From Malacoraja senta (taxonomy: Eukaryota): DNA of 64,000 nucleotides. Shown in pieces: positions 24,291-37,649 of this stretch (the stretch's first letter is position 1; every line of letters starts with the position of its first letter). The notes under the pieces were generated by a model. It searched no databases. It was not told where the DNA came from and saw nothing but the letters and a program-made list of their open reading frames with translations. Position numbers and translations under genes: made by a program. The stretch is taken from NCBI GenBank assembly GCA_038087875.1, contig CM075987.1, positions 27,840,001 to 27,904,000 of the forward strand. The letters run 5' to 3'.

Positions 24291-24649
24291 ACTTGCCCGG
24301 CCACAAGATTTATTAAACCTTTAACGTCGCCAAACATTCCTGAGCAGTGTGTGGGCGAGTAATGAATCGAAACCTGAAAAACTGCAGAAAGGTTATGTTT
24401 AAATGCTGCTTCTCTGCTGTAAACAGACTGCTGAACGGCCCTCTCACAAACTAAGGGCCCCCCCACAAACTAAGGGCCCCCCCCATCTCCCGACCTACCT
24501 CGTGGGGTTTTTGCATATGTTAAATCTGCAATTTCTGGAACGGTAACGGTATAATTCTGTAACACGTTGGTATTGTTCACTTTGCACGGCATGTTTGATT
24601 GTACAGTATGATTTAACTGGGAAGTATGCAAACAAAGTACTCCTAGCCA

Positions 24650-25115
24650 TGTTCTTAAAACCCGTGCAGACCAACTGGACGGAGTTTTTGCGGAAATCTT
24701 CAATCCCTCATTACTATAGTCCAAGGTTCCCAACTGCTTTAAAACGACGTCAATAATTCTGACGCCGAACAAGAGTAAGTTGACATGCCTCGATGACTAT
24801 CGCCTGTGGCACTAACATTTGTGGTGATCAAGTGCTTTGAAAGGTTGTGTATGACGCATATCTGTAAAACATATCTGCCTTAGAAGGACCTGGACCCACT
24901 GCATTTGACCTATAGACACAATACCTCAACAAGGGATGCAATATCACTGGCTCTCCACATTGTACTGGACAATTGGACAATAACAATACATATGCCAGGC
25001 TGTGGTTCATTGACTACAACTCAGGTTCAACGCTCTCATCTCCTCCAACCTTCGCAGCAAACTCAGAGAACTGGGTCTCTATGGAATCAGATCCTTGACT
25101 TCCTATTCGGCAGAC
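24650..25115 (+). mobile_element. Degenerate Rex1-like RT fragment
   Basis: Decayed ADQL.GVF..IFN.SL, DYR..ALT and DPL.F.YR.N motifs. Confidence 0.65.
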
Positions 25116-25289
25116 CACAGAAGGGTACAGAGAAGATTTACGAGGATGTTGCCAGATGGGAGAGGGGAACCCCTGTTCCCTAAAGAATGCGGACATCTCG
25201 GATGTCCTAGTATGGAACACTCATCTTGGGCGCATATGCGGCGTAGACGGAGGAGTTGGGACTGACTAATAGTGACTGAAATTTATTCG

Positions 25290-26475
25290 TCGTTGCTATC
25301 CCTCGAGGTCGAGGATGATGGTCTACGTTCTGTTGTCTTTATGGACTCTCAGATGGCTTATGAGTCCAATCCTGGCTTTGAAAGTTCTTCGGCATTCAGG
25401 ACAGGTAATTCCAGATGGCAGATCGGGCTTTGGTTGTTGCTGCCTCTCTTTCAGTTTTCTTCTCTTTTCTTCTAATTCTGCGCATCCCTTGGCTTCGAAG
25501 GTCGCTGTTCCTTCTTGGATGATGGTTCGCCAGAGTTTCCTGTCCTTGGCATTGGTTTCCCAATTGTCGATGTCAATTGCACATTTCTTCATGCTGGCTT
25601 TTAAGGAGTCTTTGAATCTCTTCTTTTGTCCGCCTCTTTTCCGTTTGCCTTCTTTAAGCTGGGAGTAGAAGGTTTGCTTTGGTAGACGCTCGTCTTCCAT
25701 CCGAACAACATGACTGACCCATCTTAGTTGGTTCTTGATGATGAAGGCTTCGATGCTAGATGTTTTCGCTTCATTCAGCACGCTGACGTTGGTTCTTCTG
25801 TCTTCCCAACTGATATTTAAGCTGCTTCGAAGACATCGTTGATGGAACTTTTCAAGTGTTTTCAGATGGCATCGGTATGGTGTCCAGGTTTCTGATGCAT
25901 ACAGGAGCATTAGAATCACTACTGCCTTGTACACTAACATTTTGGTGTCTGTTCGGATGTCACGATTTTGAAAGACTCTCGATCGAAGACGCCCAAATGC
26001 TGTTCCGGCACAGTTAAGACGAAGTTGGATCTCGTCATCAAGGTCAATATTGGAGGAGAAGTGACTTCCAAGGTACGGAAAGTGATCCACATTTTCCAGG
26101 GTTGTTTCACCAAGTTGAATTGACGGTTCTTTCCGATTTGTCTCAGTTGGTGACGATTGGTAGATAACCTGAGTCTTCTTGGAGTTGATGGTAAGTCCAA
26201 GTTTCGTGTATGCACTGTTGAAGCCAGTCAGGATCTGTTGCAGATGATTTTCTGAGAGAGCTGCGTATTGGAACTCGATGAGGGAGCTCATAGATGTCTT
26301 AGTTTTGGACTTGAGACGGGCAAGATTGAAAAGTCTGCCATCTGTTCTGTAGACGCTTTTGATTCCTGGGGGTAGGTCATCCTGGATGATGTGGATGGTT
26401 GTCGCAATGAAGATGGTGAACAGTTTTGGGGCAATCACGCATCCCTGTTTCACTCCTGATCTGACTTGAAACAGT
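25290..26475 (-). mobile_element. RTE-clade LINE, 5'-truncated
   Basis: ORF 25323..26453 with VKQGCVIAP, F.YLGS, LLYASETW, QLRW..HVVRM and a C-terminal CPEC...SHLR.H zinc finger; the YADD motif lost by in-frame deletion. Confidence 0.9.
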
Positions 26476-28119
26476 TATTACAAACACACTGACTCCCACA
26501 ACTATCTTGACTACACTTCTTCCCACACTGCTTCCTGCAAAGATTCTATCCCCTACTCCCAATTCCTCCTACTCCCAATTCCATACTAGGACATCCAAGA
26601 TGTCCTCAATTAGGGAACGGGGGTTCCCCTCTCCCTTCATAGATGAGGCCCTCACTCGCGTCTCGATGGTAGCTTAATTCTGTATATAACTTTGTAGCTT
26701 TGTATATAACTATCTTTGTAGCTACAACATTGGGAATGTGTAATGGGACAGCTCTGAGGCAGCTTCATTGCTCATCCAAGTCGTGCTATATTTGTCCTAC
26801 AAACATTTTATGGGCTAGGCAGAACATATCTTTACAATAGATCTAACACGTACTGTAACTGACCTACAAGCTATTGATAGGGCAAAGCAGAAAATGTTTT
26901 ACTCTCTACCTGATCTTTGCCCGAGGCATGATTATTGGGAAAGAATGGAGACTATTGTTGTCTGTCTATAAACTGTACAGTATCTTATCTGAAATTGTTT
27001 ACTGGATCAGCAAAGAGGGAGGTTATTACATTTTCGACTTCTTGAACCTCTCTTAGTTTAGAGTTTAGAGATACAGTGTGGAAATAGACCCTTCGGCCCA
27101 TTGATTCTGCACAGACCAACAATCACCTGTACACTAGTTCTATCCTACACACAATTTACAGAAGCCAATTAACCTACAAGCCTGCACGTCTTTGGAAAGT
27201 GGGAGGAAGCCAGAGCGCCTGGAAAAACCCACACAGTTTCAACTTTGATGGTGTAATCTCCTGATTACTGCCAGTACCAAGTGCCAGTGTGCGTGGAAAC
27301 AAGGGTGGCCTTCATCACTGTCCAATTGGAAAGAAGTTGCACGAGGAGGGCTTTAAATTCTTGGACGTTAAATACTCTGGGACCATTCCTGGACAGGTGG
27401 GATGTGTACATGTGTAGAAAGGAACTGTACATGCTGGTTTAAACCAAAGATAGACACAAAAAACTGGAGTAACTCAGCTGGACAGACAGCATCTCTGAAG
27501 AAAAGGAATAGGTAACATTTCGGGTCGAGTCTGAAGAAGTGTCTCAACCCTAAACGTCACCTATTCCCTTTTCTCCAGATGCTGCCTGACCCGCTGAGTT
27601 ACTCCATCTTCTTGTGTCTATCTTTGGGATGTGTACATGCTGGACAGATTGTACCTCAACCCAGCAAGGATCACTATGCTTAGTGGTACTGTGGGGGGAG
27701 GTGTAGACCAAACTGGGTTCAAGAAGGTAACATTAAGAAGGAAGAAATGAACAGCACCAGAATATTAAGTAGAAATGTTTGGACTGGATGAGAAGGGCGG
27801 GCACAAGAAGCTCAAGGATGCATGAGGGCAACATTGTAAATGATTACAAGAATTGGGGGACATGTATGGATAGCTCATGGAATAGTGTAGATGGGGCATG
27901 TTAGTCAGCATGGACAGGTTGGGTTGAAGGGCCTCTTTCCACGCTATATGACTCTATTGCAGGTGGAGAGAATGATTAAGAAAGCACACAGGAATCTGAA
28001 CTTGAATCTTTATTAAACAGTATCCAATTCGGGCACCACCATTTGGAAAGATGTGAAGGCTTCGGAGAGGATCTTTGAAAAGATTTACCAAAATGATTCA
28101 TAAGGTCATAAGTGATAGG

Positions 28120-30610
28120 AGTAGAATTAGGCCATTCTGCCCATCAGGTCTTCTCCTGCCTTCTCCCCATAACCTCTGTCACCCGTACTAATCAAGAATT
28201 TATCTATCTCTGCCTTAAAAATATCCACTGACCTTGCCTCCACAGCCTTCCATGGCAAAGAATTCCACAGATTCACCACCCTATGATTAAATAAATTCCT
28301 CATCATCTCCTTCCTAAAAGAATGTCCTTTAATTCTGAGGCTATGTCTTCTAGTCCTAGTCTCTCCCACTAGTGGAAACATCCTCTCCACATCCACTCTA
28401 TCCAAGCCTTTCACTATTCTGTACGTTTCAATGAGGTTTTCCCTTCATCCTTCTAAACTCCGGCGAGTTTAGAAGGATGAGGGGGCATTATATAGAAACA
28501 TATACAATTATAAAAGGACTGGACAAGCTAGATGCAGGAAAAATGTTCCCAATGTTGGGCGAGTCCAGAACCAGGGGCCACAGTCTTAGAATAAAGGGGA
28601 GGTCATTTAAGACTGAGGTGAGAAAAAACCTTTTCACCCAGAAAGTTGTGAATTTATGGAATTCCCTGCCACAGAGGGCAGTGGAAGCCAAATCACTGGA
28701 TGGATTTAAGAGAGAGTTAGAGCTCTAGGGGCTAGTGGAGTAAAGGGACATGGGGAGAAGGCAGGCATGGGTTATTGATAGGGGATGATCAGCCATGATC
28801 ACAATGAATGGCGGTGCTGGCTCGAAGGGCCGAATGGCCTCCTCCTGCACCTATTTTCTATGTTTCTATGAGTACAGGCCCAGTGCCGACAAACGCTCAT
28901 CATATGTTATCCTACTCATTCCTGGGATCATTCTTGTAAACCTCCTCTGGACCCTCTCCAGAGCTAGCACATCCTTTCTCAGATATGGTGCCCAAAATTG
29001 CTCACAATATTCCAAATGTGGCCTGACCAGCGCCTTGTGGAGCCTCAGCATTACATCCTTGTTTTTGTATATAAGCCCTCTCGAAATGCTAGCATTGCGT
29101 TTGCTTTCTTACTATCGATTCGACTTGCAGATTAACGTTTTGGGAATCCTGCACCAGCACTCCCAAGTCCTTTTGCACCTCTGATTTCTGGATTCTCTCC
29201 CCATTTAGAAAATAGTCTATGCCTTTATTCCTACTACCAAAATACATGACTCCACACTTTGCTACACTATATTCCATCTGCCACTTCTCTTCCCACTCTC
29301 CCAACCCGTCCAAGTCCTGCAGAGTCCCTGCTTTCTCTACACGACCTGCCCTTCTACCTATTTTGGTATCATCCGCAAACTTGGCCACAAAGCCTTCAAT
29401 CCCCTTGTCCAAATCATTAATATACAACATGAAGAGTAGCGGCCCCAGCACTGACCCCTGCTGAACTCCACTAGTCACTGGCAGCCAACCAGAAAAAGCC
29501 CCCTTTATTGCCAATCTTTGCCTTCTACCATCCAGCCAACCTGCTGTCCATGCTAGTATCTGTCCTTCGATACCATGGGCTCTCATCTTCCCGAGCAGCC
29601 TCCCATGTGGCACCTTATCATCGGCTTTCTGAAAATCTAGGTATACTACATCTACTGACTCTCCTTTGTCTATCCTATTTACTTCTTCAAAGAATTCCAG
29701 CAAATTTGTCAGGCAAGACCTCCCCTTCACAGATCCATGCTGACTTTGGCCTATTTTATTGTGAACTCTTAAGTACTCCGTAACCTCATCCTTTCAAATG
29801 GACTCTAAAATCTTACGAACCACTGAAGTCAGACTAACAGGCCTATAGTTCCCACTATTCTGCTTTGCTCCCTTCTTGTGCAGCGGGGTAATTTTGGCAA
29901 TTTTCCAATCATCTGGAACCATTCCTGACTCTAGTGATTCCTGTAATATCATTATCAATGCCTCCACAATCTCTAAAGCCACCTCTTTCAGAACCCTAGG
30001 GTGCAGTCCATCTTGTCCAGGTGACGTATCCACCTTCAGCCCTTTCAGCTTCCCAAGCACCTTCTCCCTGGTAATAGCCACTCCCCTAACTTCCACCCCC
30101 TGACTCTCTTGAATTTCAGGCACGTTGCTGGTGTCTTCCACTGTGAAGGCTGATGCAAAAAAGTTATTCAACTCCTCTGTCATTTCTTTATTCCCCATTA
30201 TCACTTCTCCTGCATCATTCTCCAGCGGTCCAACGTCCACTCTTGCCTCTTTCTTGCTCTTTATATAACTGAAGAGACTCTTGCTATATTTTATATTAGC
30301 TAGCTTACCTTCGTATTTCATCTTTTCTCCCCATATTGCCTGTTTAGTCACCTGTTCTTCTTTAAAAGCTTCCCAATCCTCCGGCTTCCCACTAATCTTT
30401 GCAATGTTATATGCCTTCTCTTTTAGTTTTATACTGTCCTTGACTTCCCTTGTCAGCCACAGTCACCTCTTTCTCCCCCTAGAATCTTTCTTCCTCTTTG
30501 GAATGAGAAGGTCCTGCATCTTCCGGATTTTTCCCAGAAATTCCTACCATCGTCCCTGCTGGTTTCCCTTTCCAGTCAACTTTGGCCAGCTCCTCCCTCA
30601 AGCCTCTGTA
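28120..30610 (-). mobile_element. CR1 LINE ORF2 (RT), degenerate, about 2 kb, interrupted by an antisense CR1 3' fragment
   Basis: Successive ORFs with NYRPVSLTSVV, SCLTNLLEF, SGV.QGSVLGP, KFADDTK, LVRPHLEYC and RTRGHS. Confidence 0.92.
28465..28869 (+). mobile_element. CR1 3' fragment inserted antisense into the CR1 above
   Basis: RTRGHSLRIKG..FT.KVVNLWNSLP peptide, CR1 3' UTR and TTTCTATG tail; GAGT at both junctions (28465-68, 28870-73). Confidence 0.85.
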
Positions 30611-30939
30611 GTCCCCTTTGCTCAGCTGCTCAGGGTTGAGATTCCTGTTGAGTTAGTTATGTGGACAGACTGGATAAACTGCCACAAGAAGGCAAGAGGT
30701 TGTGAAGTGACAAAGGAGTTTAAAACCATGAAAATTATAGAAAATGTTGACCGAAACAGAGTGTTCTCTAATTCTTGATTGCTCCACCATGCTCTCTGCA
30801 CTGGTTGTAGCTGGTATTCGCGAACTTGATTGTAGAAACAAAGAACTACAGATACTGGTTTATACCAAAGATAGGCACAAACTGCTGGAGTAACTCTGGG
30901 TCAGGCAGCATCTCTGGAGAAAAAGGATAGGTGATAGAT

Positions 30940-31427
30940 AATAGACAATAGACAATAGGTGCAGGAGTAGGCCATTCGTCCCTTCGAGCCAGGACCGCCA
31001 TTCAATGTGATCATGGCTGATCATCCACAATCAGTACCCCTTTCCTGCCTTCTCCCCATATCCCCTGACTCTGCTATCTTTAAGAGCCCTATCTAGCTCT
31101 CTCTTGAAAGTATCCAGAGAACCGGCCTCCACCGCCCTCTGAGGCAGAGAATTCCACAGACTCACAACTCTCTGTGAGACAAAGTGTTTCCTCGTCTCCG
31201 TTCTAAATGGCTTACCCCTTATTCTTAAACTGTGGCCCCTGGTTCTGGACTTCCCCAACATCGGGAACATGTTTCCTGCCTCTAGCGTGTCCAAACCCTT
31301 AACAATCTTATATGTTTCAATAAGATGCCCTCTCATCCTTCTAAACTCCAGAGTGTACAAGCCCAGCCGCTTCATTCTCTCAGCATATGACAGTCCCGCA
31401 ATCCCGGGAATTAACCTTGTAAACCTA
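30940..31427 (-). mobile_element. CR1 3' fragment
   Basis: RRFTRLIPG...RTRGHSLRI peptide; (TATTGTC)n tail. Confidence 0.85.
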
Positions 31428-31964
31428 CGTTTTTGGTCGGGACCCTTCTTCAGACGAAAGGTCTGAGCCACTCCAGCCCTTTGATCTCTCTTTAAATGTT
31501 TGCGTTTGTTAATAATTCTGACTTTGATGAAACGATTGTAATATATCCCTGTACCCACTGAATGGATAACTTTTTGTCATCTTAATGAGCAATTCTAAAT
31601 ATCTATTAGTCTGCAACTTTAAGTTTTAGTTAAGTTAATTTGTTTGTCACGTATACCGAGGTACAGTGAAAAGCTTATGTTGCGTGCTATCCAGTCAGTG
31701 AAAGGACAATACTTGATTACAATCTTCACATTGTACAGATACATGATACAGGGAATAACATGAATAATGTTTTGTGCAACATAAAGCCAGTAAAGTCCGA
31801 TCAAAGATAGTCTTTGGTTACTCCAATGAGGTAGATAGCAGTTCAGGACTGCTCTCTGGTTATGGTAGGATGTTTCAGTTGCCTGATAACAACTGGGAAG
31901 AAACTGTCCCTGAATTTGGAGGTGTGTGTTTTCACACTTCTATACCTTTTGCCCAATGGGAGAG

Positions 31965-32496
31965 GCACAGTAGAGAGCATGCTGACCGGTTGCATCATGG
32001 CTTGGTTCGGCAACTTGAGTGCCCTGGAGAGGAAAAGACTACAAAAAGTAGTAAACACTGCCCAGTCCATCATCGGCTCTGACCTCCCTTCCATCGAGGG
32101 GATCTATCACAGTCGCTGCCTCAAAAAGGCAGGCAGTATTATCAAGGACCCACACCATCCTGGCCACACACTCATCTCCCTACTACCTTCAGGTAGAAGG
32201 TACAGGAGCCTGAAGACTGCAACGACCAGGTTCAGGAATAGCTACTTCCCCACAGCCATCAGGCTATTAAACCTGGCTCGGACAAAACACTGAACTTTAT
32301 TAGCCAATTAACTGTTATTTGCACTTTATCAGTATATTGATTCATGTGTGTATATATTTATAGAATGGTATATGGACACACTGATCTGTTTTGTAGTCAA
32401 TGCCTACTATGTTCTGTTGTGCTGAAGCAAAGCAAGAATTTCATTGTCCTATCAGGGACACATGACAATAAACTCACTTGAACTTGAACTTGAACT
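31965..32496 (+). mobile_element. Rex1-like LINE 3' fragment
   Basis: VESMLTGCIMAWFG...RFRNSYFPTAIRLLN; (AACTTG)n tail. Confidence 0.85.
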
Positions 32497-32705
32497 TCAG
32501 AAGAGAGTGGACTGGGTGTGACTGGTCCTTGATGATGCTGCTGGCCTTGCCGAGGCAGCGTGAGGTGTAGATGGAGTCAATAAATGAAACTTAGAATTTG
32601 ATACCCAAGCTGTAAGAGTTAAATTACCAGGATAGATTGCAAAAACAAACATTGTAATCCTTGGCATTTAATTGGTGCGGATATATTTAATTATACAGTA
32701 GTTGT

Positions 32706-33923
32706 TAAAACATTATGAACCACTAATAGAGGGATTGAGAATAATCAGTGCTGGGATTTGAGGGGCAGGGGCTGTGGTACTTCAGTGCCTGACATGCAGA
32801 GCACGGATAAATGAGATCGCTCCTTTGCAAGAGCTAACCGATACTCAGACAATTGTTAACAATAAGTGAAGACTTTTGATATCCAGCAGCAATAACCATT
32901 GTGAGGGAAAGGTGTGTAGATGGAATTAGATTACAGTTGACTGCAAGCTCTTTGAAGGTTGGAATGGGCTTGTGGGGTGAGTTGGCTCAGATCCTGTGGG
33001 TGTGGGTGTAGTCGTTGGGAAAGTTCTATTTATAGATGTTGGAGATATGAGCGGCGTGTGGCTGGGAAGTGGCGACAGTTAAACTGTAATCATAGTCAGC
33101 AATGTTGGAATGGGGAGAAAGTGACGGGCCCTGCGCTAGGGCTCCGCCTAAGCCTACTAGATCTCCCGGTTGCTAAACACTTGAACTCCCCTTCCCATTC
33201 CCACACTAACCTTCCTGTCCTGGGCCTCATCCATTGTCACAGTGAGGCCACACGCACATTGGAGGAACAGACCTCATATTTCGCGTGGGTAGCTTACAGC
33301 CCGATGGTATGCACATTGAATTCTCCAATGCTTAATACTCCCCCTCTCCCTTCTTCCCCATCTTCTCAGCCCTTTCCCTCTACCGCCCATCTCCCCTGTG
33401 CCCCTCCTGAACTCACATCTATCTCTCCTGGAACTTACATTCCTTCCTCTAGCTTCACAATTCACAACTCTTCAATCCTTTTGTCTTACACCTTCTGTCC
33501 TTTCATCTTAGTTTAGTTTAGATACAGGGCGGAAACTGGCCCTTCGGCCCACTGAATCCGTACGTACCAGTGATCCCCACACACAAACACTATCCTACAC
33601 ACACTAGGGGTAAATTACATTTGTACCAAAGCCAATTAACCTACAAACCTGCACGTATTTTGAGTGTGGGGGGAAACCGAAGATCTCGGAGAAGACCCAC
33701 GCAGGTCACAGGGAGAACATACAATCTCTGTACAGACAGCACCCGTAGTCGGGATTGAACCCGGAACTCTGGCGCTGCGAGCGCAGTAAGGCAACTCAAT
33801 CGCTGCGCCACCGTGCTGCAAAAGAGCGATCTCATTTATCCGTGCTCTGCATGTCAGACCCTGACCCTCGAATCCTAGCAGTGAATATTCTCAATCCCTC
33901 TATTAGTGGTTCATAATGTTTTA
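32706..33923. repeat. Inverted duplication (arms 32706-32829 and 33817-33923)
   Basis: TAAAACATTATGAACCACTAATAGAGGGATTGAGAATA...GACATGCAGAGCACGGATAAATGAGATCGCTC is present in both orientations. Confidence 0.9.
33510..33817 (-). mobile_element. tRNA-derived SINE copy
   Basis: Reverse complement of the same consensus, with head GCACGGTGGCGCAGCG. Confidence 0.8.
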
Positions 33924-36900
33924 GGAATTATAATTTGACCCAGGTTTGATCCTGAATATGGGTGCCCTCTGTGTAGAGCTTGGACATTTTCCCCGGGACC
34001 ACATGGGTTTTCTCTGGGTGCTCCGGTTTCCTCCCACATTCCAAAGACGTGCAGGTTTGTAGGTTAACAGAAATTGCTGGAGTAACTCAGCTGGTCAGGC
34101 AGCATCGCTGGAGTAAAGAAATAGGTGATGTTTTGGGACGAGATCCTATTCCTATTCTCCAGAGATGCTGCGTGTCCCGCTGAGTTACTCAAGCTTTTTA
34201 TGTCTATCTTTGGTGTAAAGCAGCACCTGCAGTTCCTCCTTACACAGGTTTGTAGGTTAGTTGGCTTCTGTAAATTGTCCCTAGTGTGCTGGTGAGAACT
34301 AGTGTATAGGTGATCACCGGTCAGCACAGAGGGCAATGTGCCTGTTTCCACGCTGTATCTCTGAATTAAACTAAAACTATAAAAACCTAAACAGTAAACC
34401 CTTGCTTGGCTGATGTCCCAAGGGCAGAGGGTGTTGTGAGTGAGACTTCACTGGATAGCGAGGCTGGTGCCCTTCATTGCAATGTCTGCTTGTGGCACAG
34501 TGACACAGCTGGTATAGCTGCTGCCTCTCAACCCGACACACAGCTTCCATCCTGACCTCAGCTGCTGCCTGTGTAGAGTTTGCGCGTTTCCCGTTTCACA
34601 CGTGTGTTCGACCGGGTGATCCAGTTTCCGCCCACATCCCAAAGACATGTAGGTTTATTGGTCTCTGTAAATTGCCCCCTAGTGTGTAGGGAGTTGATGT
34701 GGAAGTGGGATAACATAGAACTCGTGTGAATGGGTGATCGATGGTCAGTGTGGACTTGGTGGACTGAAGGGCCAGTATCTCTAAACTAAACTGAACATTA
34801 ATTTCTGTTGGAAGAACTTATTGTTCTCAACTATTTAGCAAATTAGATAAAATGTGTACATATACAGCATGAATGTTTTTTGCAACATTATGTGAATGTA
34901 GGTAAATGCTGGCCTTGGATAGGTCAAATGGATGTAGGTCAGGTTTGGCCTAGGATTGACAGATACAGAATGGATGATGGTCAGCTTTGGCCGATGTTGA
35001 CGGATGAAGTCGGCTTCATGTGGCCCACTGGGGCTAGCCTGGAGAGGGCAGTACAGCTCTGGTCTCAACATTGCCATTCACCACCTCCCTTTGCTCCCCT
35101 GCAGATGGACACAATAAACTGGAGTAACCCAGCGGGACTGGACAGGCAGCATCTCTGGAAAGAAGGAATAGGTGACGTTTTGGGTCGAGACCCTTCTTCA
35201 GTTTCGGAAGTTCAGCTGCAGTTCAACTGGCCAGAACAGGGGTAGGGGGCTTCTGAACTCTGAGTATCAGAGGAAGTCTAAATAGCAATTGAGGCTGCTT
35301 GTGCAAGGCATGCCGAATCACCCTTCATAGAAACAGCCGTCTGTCAACATTCAAAATGTAAAACAAGCTGTACAGAAGTAACATTTGTTAAAGAACTCCA
35401 TGTTATATAATGTGTGGGTGAATGATGGGTTGTACGTAAAGTTGGTTGCGTGAATAATAGGCAGGCCACATAATGGACGGGGTATATGGGGAGAAGGCAG
35501 GAACAGGGTACTGATTGTGGATGATCAGCCATGATCACATTGAATGGCGGTGTTGGCTTGAAGGGCCGAATGGCCTACTCCTGCACCTATTGTCTATAAA
35601 TAGAATCATTAATGGCTAGAGTGTAGATTGGGTAAGATGTAAAGAAGGTCTGGGGTATCATGGCCAGGGTGGCACAATGGGAGAGTGTGTAAACAATGGG
35701 TGGTAAGTATGTACAATCAGCCAGGGTTTATAATGAGTGTATGTGTCTGAAGTATGTGTCTGAAGAAGGATCCAGGCATGCTGTCAGTCCCATTGAGTTA
35801 CTCCAGCACTTTGTCCTTTTGTGTATTAATTAGCATCTGCAGTTCCTCATTTCTGCATAATAGGCAGATAAATAATGGGTAGGGTATGTGGATGGCAGGT
35901 GTAACATGGTTAGAGTATATCATGGGATATATAATGGAAGGTATGTGTAATGAGTGGTGATAGATGAGCTGGGAAATGGGTAGGGTGTATAATATATATT
36001 ATGTATAATGCACGGTGAATATAAGTTATGTTAAGATCGGAGGTTGAGCCTCAGTATATAGACGGTGCTTATATCTGCGTGCACAGCAAGGCATCGATGC
36101 CTTGTTCACTGAGGTACAGCCGATGTGGACCTTAGCCACATGCACAAGGTTCAGTTTCAGTTCAGTTTAGTTTATTGTCACGTGTACCGAGGTAGAGGGA
36201 AAAGATTTTGATGCGCGCTAACTAGTCAGCGGAAAGTCCCGACATGATTACAATCGAGCCGTCCACTGTGTACAGATACACGATAAAGGGAACAACGTGA
36301 ATAGGGTAAAGGCCTTGCAATACCACAGCATCCTCCAAAAATGAAGATTCACAGCGACGTTAGAGAAATAGACCACTTCTCATATCCCAAGAGGCATGTT
36401 TGGTGAAGGAGTATGTCCATGAACGGACTGACCACTGCCTTGCTGTTGAGGAGGGTGTTATGAAACTTGAGGCCATGCATTGGAGCACAGAAGCCCTGCG
36501 TATGTGTGAAAGAAATGCACCACTTCACAAACCACCCACCCACCGCCCCATCAGTCACTCAGACTGTGGCTTCCACACTGCCTTTATTACCCATCTCAGA
36601 GGCAGAGTAGAATCAGATTGTCCTTAATCTTGGGTGTACTATGGGAGAGCAATGTTGGTTGGTATAGTGTACAATGTGTGGGTTGTAAACTAGGATGGGT
36701 GTAAACTGGGTGTGATGAATCATTAGCTGAATATGTAACGGTTGGTGAATACAACAGTGAGGTGACTGAGGGGGCAATATATAAACAACAAATATAAACC
36801 AGCTGGATTGTACTATGGGTGATATACAAATGTACTAGGTAGGTTGTGTATTCAAGGAGGGGTTGTATAAATTACTTTATAACTGGCAAGGCAAACTGAG

Positions 36901-37402
36901 CTTGGAACATTATCAGCAGGGTATATCTTGGGTGGATTTCTTACAACCTGTGTGTGTAACTTGTGGTGTGTAAAACTTGTGTGGTTTTAAAAGGATGCTA
37001 GGGTATATAATGAGCTTGAATTATGGATGTGATGTATAAAAGGTGCTGTGAAAATTGAACAGATCTATAACATGAATGCATTTTGGGAAGTCAAACTAGG
37101 GCAGGTACTTCACAGTGGACTGGCAGGGTCCTGGGGTAGATTGTAGAGCAGAGGGATCTTGGAGTACAGGTACATAATTCCATTAAAGTGGTGTCACAGG
37201 TAGACAGGGTGGTGAAGATATATCAGGTGCACCGTTCCGGTGGGAGTAGCATGTGGCTGATGATGCTGGAGCACAGATGGGCAGCAGGTTAAATAATGGA
37301 GATACATTGAACAAAAGAATAGGTCCCGTGGTTGCAAAATCGATGAAAGGAATTAACAGCCTAAGCTGCCACTTCATAGGTGAATACGTGCAGGAGAAAG
37401 GA

Positions 37403-37649
37403 CACAGAGTGCTGGAGTAACTCAGCGGGTCAGGCAGCATCTCTGGACAACATGGATAGGTGACGCTTCACAGAGTGCTGGAGTAACTCAGTGGGTCAGG
37501 CAGCATCTGTGGAGAACATGGATAGGTGGTGCTTCACAGAGTGCTGGAGTAACTCAGTGGGTCAGGCAGCATCTCTGGAGAACATGGATAGGTGGTGCTT
37601 CACAGAGTGCTGGAGTAACTCAGCGGGTCAGGCAGCATCTCTGGAGAAC
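37403..37649 (-). repeat. Tandem array, about 3.7 x 66 bp, of a pLTR-derived unit
   Basis: CACAGAGTGCTGGAGTAAC recurs at 37403, 37469, 37535 and 37601. Confidence 0.9.

Noticed and set aside
23451..24316. Long + strand and alternative-frame ORFs over the IER3-like gene
   Set aside because: Low-complexity products of a very GC-rich, stop-poor CpG island.
37403..37649. CRISPR-like array
   Set aside because: The units repeat in full with no unique spacers; vertebrate context with no cas genes.
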